From contig CASFQA010000005.1 of assembly GCA_949296775.1 (NCBI GenBank), positions 3,320 to 67,319 on the forward strand: a stretch of 64,000 bases of DNA, given 5' to 3'. Positions 19,715-28,500 of this stretch are shown here, piece after piece. Every line of letters begins with the position of its first letter. Position 1 is the stretch's first letter. The position numbers and the translations under genes are program-made. Source of the stretch: an uncultured bacterium (GTDB taxonomy: Bacteria; Bacillota_I; Bacilli_A; RFN20; CAG-826). The notes under the pieces were generated by a model. That model was given only the letters and a program-made list of their open reading frames with translations. It searched no databases and was not told the DNA's origin.

Positions 19715-19758
19715 TGTCCCTTCGTTTCTTGGTAGGAAACGGGGACATTTTTGTTTTG
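19715..19758 (+). terminator. Strong intrinsic terminator with no clear upstream + strand gene
   Basis: TGTCCC(T)TCGTTTC-TTGGTAG-GAAACGGGGACA followed by TTTTTGTTTT. Confidence 0.7.
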
Positions 19759-20159
19759 AACCAACTGATAGTAACGGGCTTTGGTCGAATACCTAACGGC
19801 GATGGCTTTCGAAAAAGGCTGAAAAAAGCCACGCTTATAATCGGGGACTTTCCGAAAATAACAAAATCGTTCCATCGATTCGCTTTCATATAAAGATTAA
19901 AGATGGGAAATAGCCAACCGGACGATCCTTCCGCTCAAGATCATTCCATGCAACAGGTTAAAATCAATTCCCCATGGCCGTTCCTGAATGGCAATTATTC
20001 AACGGCAGCATGCACCGCCAGTATATTTTGTGTAAAAGCACCTGTACCAAGCGTCTGTTTTTGCAGGCTTCAGCCGTCTAATCCTGAATAGATTGTTGAA
20101 ATTCTACCGATTATTACTGGAAATTGTGGTTTATGAATGAATAAGGATATGGATTTATA

Positions 20160-20524
20160 ATGCCGGCAAAACTAGCGTCTGATATAGAAACCGCGGGTTT
20201 CCTTTTCGAAGCCTTATGCGAACACGACCTTCGAATCTACGCCGAATCATTCGGTGGCAAGTTGTTACATTGCCAGGATTACAACCGAAACGAAATTGAC
20301 GCGGTAATAGAAATGCCGAGTGGGGAATGGACGGCCATCGAAATCAAACTTGGGGCTAAGCGAATCGACAAAGCGGCGGCCAATCTTCTCCGAATCAACG
20401 ATTTCTTCATCGAAAAAGGCTGCCCCCGCCTGCCAAATTAGTTGTGCTGTCTGGTCTAAGTTCCGCGGCTTACCGCCGAAAAGACGGGGTCTATGTCATC
20501 CCGCTTACGGCCTTAAGAAACTAG
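20160..20524 (+). pseudogene. 3' remnant of AAA+ ATPase (DUF4143 family), frameshifted
   Basis: GFLFEALCEHDLRIYAE...EIDAVIE...AIEIKLG; the shifted frame continues VVLSGLSSAAYRRKDGVYVIPLTALRN* (TAG 20522-20524); ATPase N-terminus absent. Confidence 0.85.
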
Positions 20525-20581
20525 GCGACGCAGGACGAAAAATATAGCAAACCGGGTCGGTTTGAGTATAATACGCGTTGC

Positions 20582-20658
20582 CGGGACGTAGCACAGCTTG
20601 GTAGTGCACTACCTTGGGGTGGTAGGGGTCACGGGTTCGAATCCCGTCGTTCCGACCA
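20582..20658 (+). tRNA. tRNA-Pro(GGG)
   Basis: Cloverleaf: CGGGACG/CGTTCCG acceptor, CTACC-TTGGGGT-GGTAG anticodon arm, GGTTCGAATCC T-arm, CCA end; TATAAT at 20567 and a terminator at 20671-20700. Confidence 0.97.
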
Positions 20659-20775
20659 GTTCGATAGATAAAGCGCTCGCAGAACGGGCGCTTTTTTCTT
20701 GTTTTGCCCTACTAATCAAAACAGCCAAAAGGCTCGAACCTTCGAACCCAGGAAATAGTGAAAAGGCCGCAAAAC

Positions 20776-22092
20776 CTATATGAACATGACCATATAGATC
20801 GGAGCGGTCAATATATTGTCCGCAAAATCCAGCCGATTGGCGTTTTGCAGCACCATTCCCTGACCTAACCGATAATTGCCATTTGGATCAACAAGCTTCG
20901 GCAACGCCCGGTACTCATACCCCATTCGACCGGATTTAACCTCGATTGGCAAAATCGAAAGCGAGTCATAATCATTGACCAGATAATCGACTTCCCCCAC
21001 CTTCTTCGAATCGAAGTAAAACAATTGGTGACCATGGGCAATGAGTTCCTGGGCCACCACCGTCTCATAGACCGAGCCAAGGTTTATCGCCGGGACGTCG
21101 TTAAGAAAAGGCTTAACGTTGTAGTTGAACAGCAGATAAGTCAGGATTCCGACGTCATTGTAATAAAGCTTCATTAAATCCTTCGCGCTCGATTCGCCAA
21201 GAGGAAACCGCGGATCGGAAACGGCTTTGACTGATAAGGCACACCCGGAATCGACCAAATAATCGATCTCATCCTCGTATTTGATCAGGCTGGCCCGCAC
21301 ATCGCCTTCGATTTGCTTCGCCCTAATCCGTTTAACTTTATTCTGAGTATAGGAAAGCAAAGAGTCGTATATCCGGCGTGTCTTTAAGGAATGAGTTTGA
21401 TCATAGCGAGACATATCACCCTTATACGATTCATAAATGGATGATTGGATTTCCCGCGTTTTGTAAACATCGCCTTCTTCCAAAAAGGCCTTGACCGCCT
21501 CCGGCAGACCACCGCAAAGTAGGTATTCCTTGAAAGCCTTAAAAAAGAATTCGTGGGCCGATTGGTTAATTGGTTTCTTTTCGACAAAACTCTGCCGTAA
21601 GGAATCGATGCTTTCTTGCCCCGCCCCACGGGCCCAGAGGAACTCCTCAAAATCCATCGGCCGCATCGAAAGGGACCGGACACTACCCGTTGGAATGAAA
21701 GAAGACCGCATCGCGACCCCAAGTTGCGAACCGGAGCAAATATAATGGAAACGCCGATCAGCCTTCAATGGCTTGAGCATGGAAATAAGGTGAGGATAGA
21801 CCTGGATTTCGTCGAGAAAGATTATTGTGTCTTCGTAAGAACCTAAACTCGCCCCATACAAGGCTGAAACTCGAAGATAAAAATCTCGCATGCCATTAAC
21901 CACTGCAAAATTTTTGCCGCCATCAAAATCGTCCTGCAAGTTAATTTCGACATAATGGGGATATATCGACTTGGCAACATTCCGGCAAATGAAGGACTTT
22001 CCAATTTGCCGCGCTCCATTGACTAAGAGAATGGGCGCATCAGGATCTTTTAATTTTTTTTCGATTAGTTCTGATATTTTTCTTCGATACAT
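20776..22092 (-). CDS. AAA+ ATPase (AAA_14 + DUF4143)
   Basis: GARQIGKS, IFLDEIQ, PMDFEEFL, GGLPE, KLYYNDVG, EVDYL..PIEVKSG. Confidence 0.92.
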   Translation of the reverse strand: MYRRKISELIEKKLKDPDAPILLVNGARQIGKSFICRNVAKSIYPHYVEINLQDDFDGGKNFAVVNGMRDFYLRVSALYGASLGSYEDTIIFLDEIQVYPHLISMLKPLKADRRFHYICSGSQLGVAMRSSFIPTGSVRSLSMRPMDFEEFLWARGAGQESIDSLRQSFVEKKPINQSAHEFFFKAFKEYLLCGGLPEAVKAFLEEGDVYKTREIQSSIYESYKGDMSRYDQTHSLKTRRIYDSLLSYTQNKVKRIRAKQIEGDVRASLIKYEDEIDYLVDSGCALSVKAVSDPRFPLGESSAKDLMKLYYNDVGILTYLLFNYNVKPFLNDVPAINLGSVYETVVAQELIAHGHQLFYFDSKKVGEVDYLVNDYDSLSILPIEVKSGRMGYEYRALPKLVDPNGNYRLGQGMVLQNANRLDFADNILTAPIYMVMFI

Positions 22093-22127
22093 GGTATTTG
22101 CCCATAGGAATTATATAGGGTATTTTT

Positions 22128-22205
22128 GTAGTTTTCCAATGTTTTAGGAGACAAAAAAGCGTAGTTTTCCAATGTTTTAGGAGACAAAAAAGCGTAGTTT
22201 TCCAA
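22128..22205. repeat. 33-bp tandem repeat (2 exact copies plus 12 bp) upstream of the AAA ATPase
   Basis: GTAGTTTTCCAATGTTTTAGGAGACAAAAAAGC at 22128 and 22161; partial copy at 22194. Confidence 0.95.
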
Positions 22206-22494
22206 AATTGTGTCTATAAAGCCTAATTCGCTATCAGGATCTCGTCGGCCAAGTCGAGGCACCGCTCGACCAAGCCAGGCTCAATCGTAAAAAACGATTC
22301 GAATCGGCGAAACCGTCACGAATATAAACGCTGTTGAAAAATAGGATAGGGAATAATCCGATGAAACGGGATCGTGGCCAAAGGTAATATCACTCACCCT
22401 GTTTCCAAAGTAATTGGGCGGCAGTCTCCCGGATTCAACTCAAAGTCATTATCCATCGGAAAGAATAACCCAAAACAGATCTTGAAAAAGAAAC

Positions 22495-23826
22495 TCAATA
22501 TCTGTGGACTTCCTTGTCAAACGCTTTCTTCCCATCTACAAAGGAAAGATTAGGATGCCTTTTTAGATACCGATCGAGTGCTGGATCTCGAACGTAACGA
22601 GCAAACTTTTCAGACACGAATTCCCGAAGACGGATATAAAAGCTAGGGTTGTCTCTTTTTGCTCTCAAAGCAATATAGGCCGAAAATTTGATGATCTCCC
22701 CGGTCAAATAGCACTCTGCGGGGTTTGGCCCTCCGACAGCGGCCTTTTCAATGGCACAAGGCCCTCCGCAATAAGTTTTGTAAAGACAATCCGGACACTC
22801 GCGAGCTTGCTCATCCAGTCTCACGCCGGCATCGGCAAGAACGCCGGGCTCTATAATGGTTCCGAGCAACCCAATAGAGGGGGAGCAAGGATAGACAAAG
22901 CCATCTAAATCAAAGGCGAAACGAGTGATGCCGCCGTCACAACGGTTAATTGTCTTCTTGTTGCCGAAAAACCGGCACAAAAATCTGCCAAACCAATCGT
23001 CTCCATTCATTAAACGCAAAAATCTAGAATCATCTCCAGCCAAAGCATCATGAAGCAAGGCGCGAGATAATCGTTCGTATTCAATCGCCCATGCGTGGGC
23101 GTGTTCCAAATCAAGACGAAAACCATCGCCGCGGACATAACGGTAGCTTAGGGTTTTAAAGATTTTCCCGAGTTCATCAATACTTTCCAGTAAAGGAAAC
23201 GAATCGTTTCCGATAGTCGCCGCGCAACCAATGTAATCCCTGCTAGCAATGGACATCACATTATCCAATATAGTTTTATAAGTGCCTTTGCCGCGATATC
23301 GATCATTTATTACTTCGTTCCCGTCAAGCGATACTCCGAACAATATTTCATGATCTTGAAGCAACTTAGCAATCTTAGGGGTCAGCAACGTGCCATTGCA
23401 AACAAATTGAGGCAAAACCTCGGTCATTATGCGATTGCTGATTTCATGACAGTAATCAGCTAGCGGGAGAATGACATCCAGATTTAACAAAGGCTCACCG
23501 ATTCCTGACAAATCAACGAAATATTTCTGACCGTCCGGAAAAAGAGAAAAGAGGTTATCCAAAATATCCTTAGCCTGCTCAAGGCTCATCCTCCGTCCAG
23601 ACTTGTTCTTGTTAAAACAGTACGAACAACGGAGATTGCATCGGTCAGAAACCGCCAAGCAAAAAGTATAAGCGGTCCTGGGGACAAACTGCGCAATCTG
23701 GGTTAAATCAACAGCAGGAGGAGCGGACGGAAAAAGGCTTGGGTTAAGCGAAAATGCGCGCGAATCTTCATCAATATACAAGTTATCCTGCAGTACCGTA
23801 AAACTTTGTACCATTGCGTATTTCAC
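22495..23826 (-). CDS. Radical SAM protein with SPASM domain (peptide/protein maturase type)
   Basis: CNLRCSYC, GEPLL, NGTLL, VSLDG; C-terminal CDGG...YPC...CPDCLYKTYCGGPC...C. Confidence 0.9.
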   Translation of the reverse strand: MKYAMVQSFTVLQDNLYIDEDSRAFSLNPSLFPSAPPAVDLTQIAQFVPRTAYTFCLAVSDRCNLRCSYCFNKNKSGRRMSLEQAKDILDNLFSLFPDGQKYFVDLSGIGEPLLNLDVILPLADYCHEISNRIMTEVLPQFVCNGTLLTPKIAKLLQDHEILFGVSLDGNEVINDRYRGKGTYKTILDNVMSIASRDYIGCAATIGNDSFPLLESIDELGKIFKTLSYRYVRGDGFRLDLEHAHAWAIEYERLSRALLHDALAGDDSRFLRLMNGDDWFGRFLCRFFGNKKTINRCDGGITRFAFDLDGFVYPCSPSIGLLGTIIEPGVLADAGVRLDEQARECPDCLYKTYCGGPCAIEKAAVGGPNPAECYLTGEIIKFSAYIALRAKRDNPSFYIRLREFVSEKFARYVRDPALDRYLKRHPNLSFVDGKKAFDKEVHRY

Positions 23827-23886
23827 TCGCTATAATGCCAGATAGAGAGAATCCATAAAAAGAAAAGAAACCCTAGGCCCCAAAAA

Positions 23887-24420
23887 TTAAATTGATTGAT
23901 TAGATTCAGAGACAATTCTATCGGCTAAGTCGAAGCACTGAGCAACTAGTTCAGGCTCAATAGAAAAATATCGTTGTGAAACGTAAAGCTCATCAGATAA
24001 AACGCGAATCCACCTTGGCAAAAACAATTCCATAAACGGCGGATCTGACCCGAATGCGTGACCAAGCGTGATTTGGTAAATTCCGCATTCAGAGGTAGGA
24101 AAATCATCAGGAAATTGTTCGGGCGCATCAGGATAGCACTTATCGCAAACATTAACTGGGGTGGCCTTTTCGAGTATGTCGATAAAAGGAAGCGAGTCAT
24201 CTCCGAAAACAATTGGTTTCGAATCAAAGGTTAATGAATAGCCTTTCCGAAGAGAAACGCTGCTTAAAACGCTGAAATAAGAAGAGTTCTCGCAGGCGGC
24301 TTTACGCGTGTGATAAGCCAAGAGGCTGCACGAGGATAAGTCGACCGCAGCGAGAACAAAAATCCCGAAAACACAACGAAACAGCCCGTTTGCAAATCTT
24401 TTAGCAAAGCCCGAAAACAT
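23887..24420 (-). CDS. Hypothetical lipoprotein (candidate immunity protein)
   Basis: Basic N-terminus, hydrophobic stretch, LSSC lipobox; overlaps the upstream gene by 20 nt. Confidence 0.6.
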   Translation of the reverse strand: MFSGFAKRFANGLFRCVFGIFVLAAVDLSSCSLLAYHTRKAACENSSYFSVLSSVSLRKGYSLTFDSKPIVFGDDSLPFIDILEKATPVNVCDKCYPDAPEQFPDDFPTSECGIYQITLGHAFGSDPPFMELFLPRWIRVLSDELYVSQRYFSIEPELVAQCFDLADRIVSESNQSI

Positions 24421-25501
24421 AATCGCTGAAAAGCTCCGTCACCTTGGCTCGAACGTTTACTGGTTTCTTGTCCTCGCTCGAAGGATAAGTTTTATTTCCG
24501 TTCAACAAGTAATACTTGGCCACATCGGTTCCGTTTGAATAAGAAGACGATTCCTTCCAAACGCCATTGTTATAAGTCAAGCCAAGCATGTCCCCTACTT
24601 CGCAGAGGAACTTTTGCTTATTCGACCCACTCCAAGAGGAATTTGATTTTGAAAGTACCGCATCAACAAAATGGTTTTTTCGGAAAGTATCATTGAGATT
24701 ATGGTAATAGTTTTCCACCGCTGTCGAAACATGCTTATCGGATGGCAAAAAATCTCTGGCAATAATCATTCCGTCGATATCGGCCAAAACATCTTCCTGG
24801 GAACATTGCCCAAAAACTGACATAAACTTGCCAAAGTTGTTCATGCCAAGAACAGTTGAATATTGATCTATGCGAATCGAATTCACCGCCGTTTGCAAAT
24901 CCCCGGCCCAAGAAGCTAAATCCATGACATATTCATCACCCAAGGGTACGGAAGGGGACACAAAACCAATATCCAAGGTATTTTCATAAGCAGCATCCAT
25001 AACGGCGAACATATGGATCAAATCTATGCCGCGGTAGGACTTAACAGGATCTTTAAAACACAAACTTTGCCAAGAAGAACCTCTAGGATGACTAAAATTA
25101 TCGCCACGATGGGCTGAGCCACCCCATTTGCCGCCATCGACAAACTGCGAAAAATAATAACCTGATTGGTTAAAGGCGTCGACGGTCGATGAGACCAAGA
25201 AAATGTTAGGATCATATCCGGCTACATACGCCCAAAGGGCGGCCTTATCAAGTCCGTTGCCGGTGTAGCCGATATAATCCTCATTGAAGCTTCGCAAATA
25301 CATCATAGTGATATTCGGTTCAGCCGAAGACATAAATTGAGCGACTTCAATGCAATAAGCCTTAGCAAAAGGCTCAACAAATTCGATATGGCTAACCAAC
25401 TCGGAAACAGTCGTCGACGAGAAAGAAGTCGACGAAGTAGTTGCCGTTATATTAGTTAATGCTGACAAGGCAACAGGAACAACAGATATAAACGATCCCA
25501 T
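24401..25501 (-). CDS. Secreted protein with TelC/BacA-like C-terminal domain motifs
   Basis: Signal-like N-terminus and Ser/Thr linker; IDLIHMFA, DLASWAGDL, EDVLADIDG motifs; GGAGG RBS. Confidence 0.6.
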   Translation of the reverse strand: MGSFISVVPVALSALTNITATTSSTSFSSTTVSELVSHIEFVEPFAKAYCIEVAQFMSSAEPNITMMYLRSFNEDYIGYTGNGLDKAALWAYVAGYDPNIFLVSSTVDAFNQSGYYFSQFVDGGKWGGSAHRGDNFSHPRGSSWQSLCFKDPVKSYRGIDLIHMFAVMDAAYENTLDIGFVSPSVPLGDEYVMDLASWAGDLQTAVNSIRIDQYSTVLGMNNFGKFMSVFGQCSQEDVLADIDGMIIARDFLPSDKHVSTAVENYYHNLNDTFRKNHFVDAVLSKSNSSWSGSNKQKFLCEVGDMLGLTYNNGVWKESSSYSNGTDVAKYYLLNGNKTYPSSEDKKPVNVRAKVTELFSDYVFGLC

Positions 25502-25544
25502 ATGGCGCCTCCAAAATTAATATAGACCTTTTCCCGAATGAGTA

Positions 25545-25572
25545 AAGAAAAGCCCGTCGCGATGGACGGGCT
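25545..25572 (-). terminator. Intrinsic terminator after nifJ
   Basis: AGCCCGTC-CATCGC-GACGGGCT followed by TTTCTTT on the minus strand. Confidence 0.8.
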
Positions 25573-25591
25573 AGACATTCAGCGAAGGAGG

Positions 25592-28500
25592 TTATTCGCC
25601 GAACTTCTTGATGTCGTGATACCGCTGCTCAGCGTACTTCTCGCACTTGGTAAGGAGTTCTTCGGCATGCTCGGGGTTGACGATCGGGAGCTGGCTGAAG
25701 CGGGTCTCCTGCATGATGAAGTCGCGGAGTTTGGAGAAATCCGGTTCCTTGCAGTCGAAGGTGAGCGGGCTCTTGCCCTCTGCCTTTAGGCGCGGATCGT
25801 AACGGAAGGTGGTGAAGTAACCGCATTCGACGGCTTTCTTCTCCTCGGAGATCGAGTTGACGAGGCCGCCTTTGATATGCTGCTCGGCGCAGGGGCAGTA
25901 GCAGATGACTAGGGACGGGCCATCATAGGACTCGGCTTCCTTCAAGGCCTGGATGGCTTTGGCCGGGTTGGCCCCAAGGGCGATCTGGGCGACGTAGACG
26001 TGGCCATAGGCCATGGCCATGAGGGCGAGGTTCTTCTTCGCTTCCTTCTTGCCGGAGGCGGTGAACTTATTGATCGAGCCGGTCTGCGAGGACTTCGAGG
26101 CCTGGCCGCCGGTGTTGGAATAGACTTCGGTGTCGAGGACTAGGACGTTGACGTCGGCTTCATTGGCCAAGACATGGTCAAGTCCGCCATAGCCGATATC
26201 ATAGGACCAGCCGTCGCCGCCGACGATCCAAACCGACTTGTCGATAAGGTCGCGCTCATAGAGTTTGACTTCCTTGACCGCTTCATCCTTCGATTCGTCG
26301 ACCAACTTCATCAGGGTCGGGACGATCGAGCGGACGTATTCGCGGTCTTTGACGTGAGCGAGGTAATCGTCGATGACGGCTTTGAGTTCGTCGCTGACCT
26401 TTTCCGAGGCTTTGGCCGCGGTGAGGATATCGGCGATGCGGGCGAGCTTCTGATCGGTCGCGATCCGCATACCGAAGCCGTATTCGGCGTTGTCTTCGAA
26501 TAAGGAGTTGGCCCAAGCCGGACCATCTTTGCCGTTGTCGTTAACGAAGGGAGTCAACGGAGTCGAGCCGCAGTAGATGGAGGAGCAGCCGGTGGCGTTA
26601 GCGACCAGCATATCCTTGCCGAAGAGCTGGGAGACGATCCGGTAGTACGGGGCTTCGCCGCAGCCGGCACAGGCACCCGAGACTTCCATGTAAGGCTTCT
26701 TGAAGCCGAGCCCCTTGACGGTGGCATCGCTCACTTCGCCCTTCTTCTCGCTGCAGTGGTAGTAGAGGTAATCAGCACCTTTTTGCTGTTCGGCCTGCCC
26801 GTGGGCATCGACCATCTTAAGCGCGTAATGGTCATTGCCCATCCGCTTGGCGGTCGCGTTGGCCATACACTCGGAGACGCAGAGGCCGCAGCCGATGCAG
26901 TTCTCGGTCGAGACCTGGATCCGGTACTTCAAGGTCTTGTCCTTGGTCCCGAGGGCCGGTTTGAGGCCGGCTTTGACGATATCCGGAGCGTTATTGACTT
27001 CCTCTTCGTTGAGGAGGTAAGGACGGATGGTGGCGTGGGGGCAGACGAAGGCGCATTGGTTGCACTGGATGCAGTAAGTCGGATCCCAGACCGGCACCCG
27101 GTCGGCGATGGCCCGTTTCTGGCGGAAGGTGATGTTCTCGTTCATCGTCCCATCAAGCAGCTCGTGCTTGGTGAAGGCCGAGGTCGGGAGCTCATCGCCG
27201 TCGAGCCGATCGATGACTTCGACGTATTCGTCATAATAGGTGTCGCCGGTGTCGGCGGTCGCGACTTTCTGGTAGGGGAGGTTGATCCATTCCGGATCGA
27301 CCTCTATCTCGCGGAGCCCCTTCGGGCCGGCGTCGATGGCGTCCCAGTTGTTCTTGACGATGTCCATGCCTTTCTTCGCATAGGACTTCTCGGCGAACTT
27401 CTTCATCCACTTCTCGGCTTCCGAGTAATCCATGATGGAGGGCGAGAGCTTGAAGAAGGCGGCTTGGAGGGTGGTGTTGGTATGCCGCCCCATATGGCAT
27501 TCGGCCGCCAGCTTGTTGGCGTCGATGACGTAGAACTTGGCGTGCTTTTTGGCCAACAGGTGCTTCATCCGGTTCGGCATCGACTTAACGAGGGTCTCAT
27601 CGTCCATGTTGGTGTTAAGCAGGAAGGTGCCGCCATCTTTGAGGTTGGAGATGATGTCGAACTTGAAGATATAGGTGTCAAGCGAGCAGGAGATGAAGTC
27701 GGCGTTCTTGACGTAATATTCGGAATGGATCGGATCCTTGCCGAAGCGGAGGTGGCTCCGGGTCGTGCCGCCGGCTTTCCGGGAGTCGTATTGGAAATAG
27801 GCTTGGGCGTATTGGTGAGTGGCGTCCCCGATGATCTTGACCGAGCTCTTGTTGGCCGAGACGGTGCCGTCGCTCCCTAAGCCATAGAAGAGGCAGGAGG
27901 TGTAGGAATGCGGGATGACGAATTCCTCATCGACCGGGATCGAGAGGTGGGTGACGTCGTCTTTGATGCCGACGGTGAACCCGTTCCAGTTCTTCTCCGC
28001 GTCGAGGAAGTCATAGACCGACTTGACGTCTTTGGGCTGGGTATCCTTGGAGGAGAGGCCATAACGCCCGCCGATGATGGCATCGAACTTCCGCCCGACC
28101 GAGGCCATGGCGGCGATGACATCGAGATAAAGCGGCTCGCCCATCGCCCCGGTCTCTTTGGTCCGGTCGAGGACGGCGATCTTCTTAACCGACGCCGGGA
28201 TGGCTTCGGAAAGGAGTTTGGCCGAGAACGGACGATAGAGGTGGACTTTGACTAAGCCGACCTTCTCGCCCCGCTTGTTGAGCTCATCGACGACTTCCAT
28301 CGCGGTCTCGGTGACCGAGCCCATGGCGATGATGACTTTAGTCGCTTCCGGATCGCCATAGTAGACGAACGGAGCGTAGGTCCGGCCAGTAAGGCGGGAG
28401 GCTTCCTTAAAGTATTTCTGAGCGACTTCGATGACGTGCTCGAAATGGCTGTTTTGGGCTTCACGGGCTTGGAAGTAGATATCGTCGTTCTCCGCCCCGC

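Noticed and set aside
22128..22205. 33-bp repeats as a mini CRISPR array
   Set aside because: Copies are directly adjacent with no spacers, and no cas genes are present in the window.
22065..22262. 65-aa ORF with repeated TLENYAFLSPK as a multi-core RiPP precursor for the radical SAM enzyme
   Set aside because: The peptide repeat is a by-product of the 33-bp DNA repeat. GTG start without RBS, and it overlaps the ATPase promoter and start. Not fully excluded, but unsupported.
22394..22456. 20-aa ORF MDNDFELNPGDCRPITLETG downstream of the radical SAM gene as a precursor peptide
   Set aside because: No RBS, very short, single Cys; indistinguishable from a chance ORF.
15922..25501. Prophage or ICE integrated at tRNA-Pro
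   Set aside because: No integrase, relaxase, phage structural genes or duplicated tRNA 3' end found. Accessory DNA lies on both sides of the tRNA.
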